A stretch of 16,990 nt of DNA from positions 1 to 16,990 of the forward strand of contig NW_021824306.1 in NCBI RefSeq assembly GCF_006345805.1. Reading direction: 5' to 3'. The notes under the pieces were generated by a model. That model made no database searches and had not been told where the DNA came from. It worked only from the letters and a program-made list of their open reading frames with translations. Shown here in pieces: positions 9,170-16,990 of the stretch. Position 1 is the first letter of the stretch. Every line of letters starts with the position of its first letter. A program made the translations under genes and the position numbers. The stretch is from Octopus sinensis. Lineage: Eukaryota.

Positions 9170-9245
9170 CATTCCCACAACGCGACGCCGATCCGGGAAT
9201 CGAAATGTCGATATTGCTTTCGTGGGTGTCATATGATAACCACCT
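9170..9245 (-). mobile_element. Degenerate SINE family C head fragment
   Basis: The minus strand ...ttcgattcccggatcggcgtcgcgttgtg resembles 4699-4730. Confidence 0.5.
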
Positions 9246-9801
9246 TTTAAATTGTTATATATTGTTTATGTAAAATGCTGCAAAATTGAAGAGATGGTAA
9301 TGGCGATTAAATCAGCTTTAGCACATAGCCGGTTATATCAACGCATTTTATTAATTCCGGAACGATGAAATAAAAAGTTGACATTGGAAAGAATTATTTT
9401 CAGATTCTGAATTATATCTGATGTTGTTCTCGATTCTGCCATCCATTGGAAACTATAAAGACGAAAGGAAGTGCAAAATATTCAAATTTTCAGAAGAGAA
9501 GGAACATTTATCCCTCGTGTCTGCAAAAGAACCATTTTAAAATGACAGTTGATTGTATATAAAAGTGCACATGATGACAACGAAATTATATGGCATGTAT
9601 GTGTGTATGCGCGCGCGCGTGGGTGTGTGTGTCTATGGTTTTATATTCAGTTATATTAGAAACAATTTTACATTAATCTGAAGAATTACTTTATACTTTC
9701 GTAGCGTACAAATTTATTATTCTTTAACGAGAATACTATTGACACGGGCTTCTAAGTTTCGGTCAGCTAAGCCATCACCGGACTCATATATATCTGTGTG
9801 T

Positions 9802-9889
<88 letters not shown>

Positions 9890-9929
9890 GTGCCTTTAGT
9901 AGAAAGTATTATTATTATTATTATTATTA
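9802..9929. repeat. (TTA)n trinucleotide microsatellite
   Basis: Directly visible. Confidence 0.95.
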
Positions 9930-10153
9930 AATACATATAGTAATGTATATGCTTTGTGTATTTTCCGGTGGCTGCAACGGCGTAGCAGGGTATATAACTC
10001 TCATATTGTCGGTATTAAAACACCTTAGATCATGGACAGGTGAGATAACTCACCTTCAATCCTATTTGGGAGTAATAGACATTAATGTTTCGCTAATTTT
10101 GTGGATTTTCAACATCACGTACCCCCCTGGATTGAAGCAACGACTTATATGCT

Positions 10154-10420
10154 TGTGGATAGATAAATTGAATATATAAACATGCACACATTTGTTTATC
10201 TATATGTATATATGTATATAAATTCATACACACACGCGCATACTTGCATGCAAGTTAATATATGTATGTACATGTTCTTTCACAGATAATCATAAATAAA
10301 TATATACTAAAAAAAATGTAAATACAAATAAATACAAGCATATAGCGATAGAAAGAATTCTATACATACATAATGCATAACATATAGAATATAAGTATAT
10401 GTATGCATGAATACATTCGT
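10154..10420 (-). repeat. Inverted near-identical copy of 3426-3697
   Basis: The reverse complement aligns across ~270 bp with only a few substitutions or indels. Confidence 0.95.
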
Positions 10421-10870
10421 GGGGTAGGTTTTCAATCAAAAGGGATCGCAAAAAGGAAAGAAAAAACGATCAATAGGGATCATGTATCACAGAGATGTTA
10501 TGGTGTAAAGTGTAAAGGGGGAAGCAGATAAGGCTTACCCGTGGAAAGAAAAGCCTACGGAAAAGACCGCGGTAACCTCGGTCAATAATGTCACATGTTA
10601 ACACATTTATTTGCAAGTAAGTAACTCTCTGTTTTAAATTTTTCTGGGTTCATAGGATTATGTTCAAGGTGGCTTCGTCATTCATACGTGCCATCCTTGC
10701 TACATTCACCCATCAACAAAAGTACTCGTACATCACCTTGTTTTTACCTCTACAACTACTGCGTAGTTGCTCCTCCATACACTCTTGCATTCATCTTTTC
10801 CTTTCAAACTTTCTCCCTCTACGGTCTCAATTCCCAACCTCTTCTTCTTTAACAATATCCTTTGCATAGA
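10421..10870. mobile_element. Unclassified probable retroelement-derived fragment
   Basis: Purine-rich then pyrimidine-rich UTR-like sequence with short hairpins (AGGCTT..AAGCCT, GACCG..CGGTC). It resembles octopus repeats from memory only, and no ORF was found. Confidence 0.3.
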
Positions 10871-11842
10871 TCACACACACAACATGCACACGTGCCCGCA
10901 CAGACGCAACACTTAATCACAATTCCCTAGTCTCACTAAACTCAATCCGTATTTAACCGTATTTGCTCTGTGCATCTAGCCTAGAACAACGATTTTATAG
11001 AACCGACACTTTGTCTACAATTTCATATGTATGTAGGGGTTTATATATGTGCAGCAGATCATCAGGCAGGAAAGGGCTGTGGTGGGGGCAGGGATGAAGA
11101 AGTGTGTCACATGGTCATGAGCCATTCTCATTCTCTTAAACATTCTAAACTCGATTCATTGTGATAACTCACTTTCTCGACGGTATACTTGGTATTTAGA
11201 AAGTGATAATAACATGCCGTACATTGATAAATGTACTTAGCGATTAGTTATTTGGATTCGCTAATATGCTGACTAGATTTGAGATACCGATAACGAGGGA
11301 TAAATATTGCTGGTTACGGCGAAGATTTATTCAAAGATTACTGCGTTTGAATGTTGCCTTTATACGTTGTCATCACATCAATAATTGCTTCCCTTCTTTT
11401 TGCTTTTTCTCTTTTTCTTATTTTTTTTATCTATTATTTATTCTTTTTTATTCATTTATTTTTATTTTTTATTTTTTTGGCTTTACTATATCTATAATAA
11501 ACGATTCCATTTTAGAAATTGACTCATATCGTATCTATTATATTGACATATACAAACTACTGTAGTATTTGCTGTCGATAAAAGTAATCTATTTGCATAT
11601 ATTTTCGAGGATTGCCAATCAACGGAAAGCAATTTTTCTTTATTCTTTCCTCTTTTTTTTTTTTTTTTTTGTTTTTTAGTACGTTAGTTTCCATTTCCAT
11701 TAAAACCAGCAAGCTCGCTCTTGAAAGAAACTTAAGAACTCAAATATAAGTGTCATAACTTCTTACACGCGCTTTGAGTACTGTTACATAAATAACAAAC
11801 GAAGTAGTCAGGTCACATTTACATTATCTATATGTAGCAATT

Positions 11843-12185
11843 GAAATGCTTAGTGCTGTTTCGTCTGTCTTTATGTTCTGAGTCCAAATTCCGTCGAGGT
11901 CGACTTTACCTTTTTATCTTTTCGGGGTCGATAAATTAGGTACCAGTTGCGTTCTGGGGTCAATCTAATCGACTGGCCCCCTCCCCAGAAGTTTCTGGCC
12001 TTGTGCCTATAGTAGAAAAGAATCGTTTGCACACCGGACGAAATTCCTAACGGTATTTCGTCTGCCGCTACGTTCTAAGTTCAAATTCCGTCGAGGTCGA
12101 CTTTGCCTTTCATCCTGATGTCGATCTAATCGACTGGCCCCCTCCCCCAAAATTTCGGACCTTGTACCCGGAGTAAAAAAGATTA
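11843..12185 (+). mobile_element. Two head-to-tail SINE family B copies (11843-12022 and 12023-12185; the second is internally deleted)
   Basis: Both contain aaattccgtcgaggtcgacttt and ctaatcgactggccccctcccc. Confidence 0.9.
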
Positions 12186-12479
12186 CTGTGCTCCTATCTT
12201 TGAAATGTTGCTCTCCCCACTTCCAACTTCCAGTCATTTCCAAAACGGAGTTGACTAAAGATACGGACCACAATTTTTGCTTCCTTACAACGTGTTTTTT
12301 GCTGCTCTTTTCATTTTTCATCGTTCTTTTTATCTTCTTTCTTTTGATAAAGTGCTGCCATCCGAAACGTTGGATTGGGCTGAATAATGAACTAATGATG
12401 AAAGCTATTATGGTATTTTTTATTTTATCTTTTGTGTTATTATTGTCATGATTTATCTATTTATATCTATTTGAATAAC

Positions 12480-12760
12480 ATCTCTCTCACACACACTCTC
12501 TCTCTCTCTCACTCAGTCTCTTTCTATTTATATTTATCCACTTATGCATATTTATAGGGAGAAAGAGGAGGGAAGAAGAAGAGAGAGCCGAAAGTCAGAG
12601 AGACAGAGAGAGAGAACAAGAGCGAGATTAGTAATACTTATGTACATGCATGCTTGTGTCTCTTATAATATGTGTAATATATAGGTACATATACATGAGA
12701 GCGGGTATATGTATGTATGTGTATGTGCGCGTGTGTGTGTATGTTTATGTGTGTGCACGT
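12480..12760. repeat. (CT)n/(GA)n/(TG)n compound microsatellites
   Basis: Directly visible. Confidence 0.85.
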
Positions 12761-13048
12761 GCACGGTTCAGCCGAAATCACAAAGGTTATTCAACCGTAC
12801 CACTTATCAAATCAATACACTCAACAAACATCTACGAAGAAAATAATAAAAGTACATTTTTCCACGTACATTGTTGTCATTTAATTCCAGGTTGGCACTC
12901 CTTTAGCAGACCTATGAACAAAGCCTTCTAGCCATGACCGTCCCGTTGTTTTTTGTTCGCTTGTTTGTTTGTATATTTTTTAAGCGTCATATAACAAAAC
13001 ACATTAACTAATATGGATATAGACAGCGTTTTTAATAATAACTTGTTG

Positions 13049-13206
13049 CCAAGGCGGTGAACAAGCAGAATCGTTAACACATCGTGTAGAACACTTAACG
13101 GCATTTCGTTCGTCTATACGTTCTGAGTTCAAATTCCGTCTAGGTCGACTTTACCTTTCGTGCTTTCGGAGTCGATAAAATAGGCATCAGTCGATGTAAT
13201 CCACTT
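13049..13206 (+). mobile_element. SINE family B (diverged)
   Basis: aaggcggtgaacaagcagaatcgttaac...gttctgagttcaaattccgtctaggtcgacttt...gtcgataaaata. Confidence 0.85.
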
Positions 13207-13250
13207 ACAAAATCTGAAACCAAAAATAATTAGTAGCATTGTGATTTAAA

Positions 13251-13547
13251 TTGTTTATTCCTTCTACAGCCACGCCTCGCTCATAAGGGCCGGTTTCCCG
13301 GTTTCCTTGGTGTATAGGATCCCCACCTAGACGGGACGCCGGTCCGTTGCAGGTGAGCTGCAAGATGCAGGAGGAAAGAGTGAGAGAAAGTTGTGGCGAA
13401 AGAGTCAGCAGAAGTTCGCCATTACCTTCTGCCGGAGCCGCGTAGATGTTTCGCTCGTAAACACACACATCGCCAGGTCTGAGATTCGAACCCACAATTC
13501 TTCGACCGCAAGTCCGCTGCTCTAACCACTAGACCATGTGCCTCCAC
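13251..13547 (-). mobile_element. Full-length tRNA-derived SINE family D with a 10-bp target-site duplication
   Basis: A-box TGGTCTAGTGG and B-box GGTTCGAATC on the minus strand. TSD GTGATTTAAA at 13241-13250 and 13548-13557. Confidence 0.9.
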
Positions 13548-13838
13548 GTGATTTAAAATAAAATTGATTATTTTTATAAGGTTGAACTGTTGTCTAGATG
13601 CTCCCTCGGTTCGCTTATTGAGTTATTGTGGTTGTTGTTAATGCAATTGCTGCGCTTCTGTTAGTTACAGGTCATCCCTGACTGAATAAACCTTTGGTAA
13701 ATAACTGCTAGGCCCATAAGGTATAGTCCCTCGTCCATTTCTTCCGGCCCATATTTGCACTTCTTTGAGAACCATATGTATTCAATAACACACTACAACC
13801 ACTGTCTCAATAACAATCTGTTACCTCACAACAATCAC

Positions 13839-14220
13839 GCTCAGGCGTGGCTGTGTGGTAAGAAGCTTGCTATCCAACTGCATGGTTCCGGGTTCAGCTC
13901 CAATGCATGGCACTTTGGGCTAGTGTCTTCTACTAACCCTCGGCTCGACCAAATGCTTGTGAGTGGATATGGTAAAGGGAAACTCAAAGAAGCTCGTCGT
14001 ACATATATACATATATACATAAATACATGTGTGTGTGTCTTTGCATCTGTTTTTGTTACCAACCACCGCTTGAAAACCGGTGTTGGTGTGCTTATGTCCC
14101 CGTAGCCTAGCTTTTCGACTTTTCAAAGAAAAAGAGCATTGCTATCGATTCATTCAACTAAAACTGCTTTAAGACGGTGCCCCAGCATGGCTGCAGTCGA
14201 CTGACACAAATAAGAGATAA
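13839..14220 (+). mobile_element. Full-length SINE family A (head + internal TA/TG microsatellite + tail)
   Basis: The head matches the reverse complement of 8771-8935, the tail matches 7223-7417, and a short internal microsatellite lies at ~14000-14040. Confidence 0.9.
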
Positions 14221-14247
14221 ATGATTATCTCACAAACGAATGCTCAT

Positions 14248-14416
14248 AACAATCACTGTTATCTCACATCAATCTCTATTATCTCACAAAAATCACTACT
14301 ATCTCACAACAGTTACTATTATCTCGCAACAATCACTATTATCTCACACAAATCACTACTATCTCACAACAGTCACTATTATCTCACAACAATCACTGTT
14401 ATCTCACAACAATCAC
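14248..14416. repeat. 20-bp minisatellite, ~8.5 copies
   Basis: Consensus AACAATCACTATTATCTCAC. Units 3-5 resemble units 6-8, suggesting a 60-bp higher-order period. Confidence 0.95.
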
Positions 14417-14562
14417 CACTTAACAAACGAGATACTGTCTCATCCTGCGTCCTTTAACGTGATTGATTAAAACTTCTGCTCATCTTAACCAGTTAGTTAC
14501 GATGCAGGTGGTGGTGGTGGTAGAGGGGAAACACTGACACAAACACACACACATATATATAA

Positions 14563-14720
14563 GTTCAGCAAAATTTAGATTCAGATGAATATGGTACTTA
14601 AGTCAAAGGCACCAGAATTTTGTATGGTATCCATATAAATCAATGGGGGTGATTTTTTATTAAAATAAGCAACAAGTACATCCGAGGTAGAGTGGTACAA
14701 TTGCTTCACACAATTGTTTG
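14563..14720 (-). mobile_element. Diverged 3'-terminal fragment of the same Penelope-like family as 7717-8712
   Basis: aatttagattcagatgaatatggtactta...gcaccagaatttt...gggtgatt...aaaataagcaacaag...gtacaattgcttca aligns with the reverse complement of 8570-8710. Flanked by TA tracts. Confidence 0.8.
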
Positions 14721-14736
14721 ATATATATATATATAA

Positions 14737-14880
14737 TACGACTGGCTCCTTTCAGTTTCCGTCTACCATTTCCACTCACAATGCTTTGGTCGGCCCGAGG
14801 TTATAGTAGAAGACACCTTTCCAAGATGCCACGCGGTGGAAATGAACCCGGAACCATGTGATTGAGAAACAAACTTCTTA
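14737..14880 (-). mobile_element. SINE family A, 5' half (5'-truncated)
   Basis: ggctcctttcagtttccgtctacc...gaacccggaaccatgtg. Confidence 0.9.
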
Positions 14881-14887
14881 AATCTAC

Positions 14888-15013
14888 CAAATTTCTCCTT
14901 TTCTCCGCGTTTTTCGAATTGTAAATCCTTGTTGATTACTTGACTAAATTCTTCCTCTGCAAACTGATAACCTTTACACATTGCCCACCCTCTCTCTAAA
15001 CCATGTGTTTTCT
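14888..15013 (-). CDS. Candidate internal exon (126 nt, phase 1-1): KTHGLERGWAMCKGYQFAEEEFSQVINKDLQFEKRGEKEKF
   Basis: Flanked by atgtttgtag| and TTG|gtagat (weak donor). Open, protein-like frame between two SINEs. It could instead be a transposon fragment. Confidence 0.3.
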
Positions 15014-15024
15014 CTACAAACATG

Positions 15025-15245
15025 ACCCTCATATTGGTTTCAAATTTTGGCACCAGGCCAGCAATTTCGAGGATGTGGGTAACTCGATTACATCGACTCC
15101 ACTTGAGTACTGGTACTTATTTAGCGATCCCGGAAGCATGAAAGGAAAAGTCGACCCCGGCGGTATTTGAACTCAGAGCGTACAGACGATGAAATATCGC
15201 TAAGCATTTTGCACGGTTTGCTAACAATTCTATCAGCTCGCTGCC
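15025..15245 (-). mobile_element. SINE family B
   Basis: gaaaggaaaagtcgaccccggcggtatttgaactcagagcgta...gctaagcatttt...cagctcgctgcc. Confidence 0.85.
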
Positions 15246-15318
15246 CCAACTTGACCTAAACAATAACAGGGTCTCTCACACGGAATACTCTGAGTTATCT
15301 CTCTCTTGTTCTACTTAC

Positions 15319-15350
15319 GTTCATACTGATCGTCAGCAACATCAATTACA
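15319..15350 (-). CDS. Candidate 32-nt exon (phase 2-1): VIDVADDQYE
   Basis: Pyrimidine-rich acceptor tttttatgtcctcccttgatag| and consensus donor AC|gtaagt. Confidence 0.45.
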
Positions 15351-15650
15351 CTATCAAGGGAGGACATAAAAATGCAATAAAGTTTTTCCACTTTTACTCT
15401 AACTCACAAATTTTTTCTGGCATGTTGTGATTTATCGTACAAGACTAACTGTGGCTGTTGGAGCATGTTGAATTTAATCCATTCTCCATTTTGTTCTTCA
15501 TTGACTTTAAGTTCATGTCGGGGCGACAAGACAGATTTACGTCTAATAATTAGGCAAGATATTTATCGTTTCTCTTCATTCCAGCCTTTGGTTTGGATTT
15601 AATAATTTCGTTGATGCTGTGATTAATTTTGCATGCTTGTTGCATCTGTG

Positions 15651-15656
<6 letters not shown>

Positions 15657-15702
<46 letters not shown>

Positions 15703-15704
15703 AG
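15657..15704. repeat. (GA)n microsatellite
   Basis: Directly visible. Confidence 0.95.
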
Positions 15705-15726
15705 CGAGGCGGGGATTCTTTTAACA

Positions 15727-16006
15727 CGTTTCAGTCATTTGGCTGCGGCTATGCTGGAGCACCACTTTAAAGGGTCTTAATCGCCCCCAGGACTTATTCT
15801 TTGAAAGCCTAGTACTTATTCTATCGGTGTCTTTTGCCGAACCACTAAGTTACAGGGAGAGAAACACACCACCATCAGTTGCTAAGCGATGGTGGTGGAA
15901 ACACATACACAAAGACACACACACCACACACACACACACATACACACACACACACACATACATATACATATATATATATATATATATATAAATATATATA
16001 ATATAT

Positions 16007-16039
<33 letters not shown>

Positions 16040-16388
16040 TAAATTAAAAATATACAAACGGGCCAGAACGTGAAACATTTAGAAGCCGACACAAAAAACA
16101 ACGGCGGGACATTCGAAGCCTTCAATTTTCAGTCAAGAACCGGATCATCTTCGCAATTTCGGCTGATTAATCTTGAGATTGCTCCGACCTGGGCAGCCCC
16201 AAAGGAAAATCTAAGCCATATAATATGACGGGCTCCTTTCAGTTTCCGTCTACCCTTTCCACGCACAATACTTTGGTCAGCCCGAGGTTATAGTAGAAGA
16301 CACCTTTCCAAGATGCCACGCAGTGGAACTGAACCCGGAGCGATGTGATTGAGAAACAAACTTCTTACCACACAGCCAAACCTGCCTC
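15727..16388 (-). mobile_element. Complete SINE family A interrupted within its microsatellite by a 177-bp insertion
   Basis: Tail 15727-15920, (CA)n(TA)n 15920-16040, insert 16041-16217, head 16225-16388. Tail and head are both on the minus strand. Confidence 0.85.
16041..16217. mobile_element. Unclassified inserted element (possibly a PLE-type terminal fragment)
   Basis: Complex sequence bounded by TA tracts inside SINE A. Contains the stem-loop GCAAT...GATTAATC...ATTGC. Confidence 0.5.
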
Positions 16389-16844
16389 TATGACATATTT
16401 AAGAATGATGTTATACTAGAATTCTATGGTATTCTATATCCGATTGTGCATTTCGTTGCAAGAAATTGGAAAAAGAAAAGCTGTCTTCATTTGCACAACC
16501 AGAGCGAGACGTTCATTTTAATTGGTACCATCTGTTTCAACCCTTTATAAGGGGCCGGTGAGGGTGTGCTAATTACGAAGTCGTTCGATCTAAAGAAATA
16601 GCAGTGAAAGGTTTCTAAAAGCAACATCACGTTCCCTTAAACGAAAGAGGTCACATTACATAATGTAGTCCTAGATACACTTAAACCGACGGAATGGTTA
16701 CAGAGAGAATTCGTTCGAGATTTCGTGTGTCCCTGTCTAAGCAGAATTGTCTGTCTCGGGTGTTAAACAATATCAACTGTTTATGAATCTCAACGTCCAA
16801 TTTCAACAGTGATATAATAATGATTCTGATAGATGTGGCGATGG

Positions 16845-16942
16845 TGAAGCTAACAATGATGATGGTGGTGGTGATAATGATGATGGTGGTGGTGGTGGCA
16901 GTGGTGGCAGTAGTGGTGGTGCTGGTGGTTGTTGTTGTTGTT
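16845..16942. repeat. Compound trinucleotide repeat (GAT/GGT/GGC/GTT)n
   Basis: Directly visible. Confidence 0.9.
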
Positions 16943-16990
16943 AAGCAACAAGACTGGTAAGGGTGATTAGGTGATGGTCTAGGCTTAGGG

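Noticed and set aside
10040-10150. Exon at the GGTGAG-ataa-CTCACC donor-like palindrome
   Set aside because: From the best acceptor all frames contain stops, and the remaining options have weak sites.
13460-13547. tRNA gene (also considered at 8860-8935, 4650-4715 and 7060-7146)
   Set aside because: A and B boxes are present, but I could not build a complete cloverleaf, and each continues into a SINE body.
15350-15654. Larger minus-strand exon starting after (TC)n-AG at 15654
   Set aside because: All three frames hit stops within ~105 nt.
686-16078. Most ORFs in the supplied track (YI-, VC-, HT- and L-rich, or SINE-derived)
   Set aside because: They are translations of microsatellites or SINE bodies, which lack stops by composition.
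16100-16190. Hammerhead in the 16041-16217 insert
   Set aside because: Candidate cores (CTCAAGA, CTGAAAA) violate the conserved positions, and no consistent stems were found.
16980-16990. Telomeric TTAGGG
   Set aside because: Only a single hexamer at the window edge, with no array visible.

Overview
AT-rich, repeat-saturated eukaryotic DNA. The SINE families and (TA)n/(CA)n tracts match what I recall of Octopus genomes (inference, no search run). Most of the window is intron-like or intergenic and is built from four apparent tRNA-derived SINE families, two Tc1/mariner relics, micro- and minisatellites, and several recent local duplications. The most notable structure is a ~1 kb Penelope-like element (PLE) at 7717-8712. 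It has a GIY-YIG-like C-terminal stub, a perfect fold-back junction, and two ~180 bp inverted arms, each carrying a type I hammerhead ribozyme with a palindromic minimal stem III and an unusually long stem II. PLE-like fragments and other SINEs repeatedly sit inside the (TA)n tract internal to one SINE family. A chain of small, phase-compatible minus-strand exons of an unidentified gene is possible but unproven. Nearly all ORFs in the supplied track are microsatellite or SINE artefacts.
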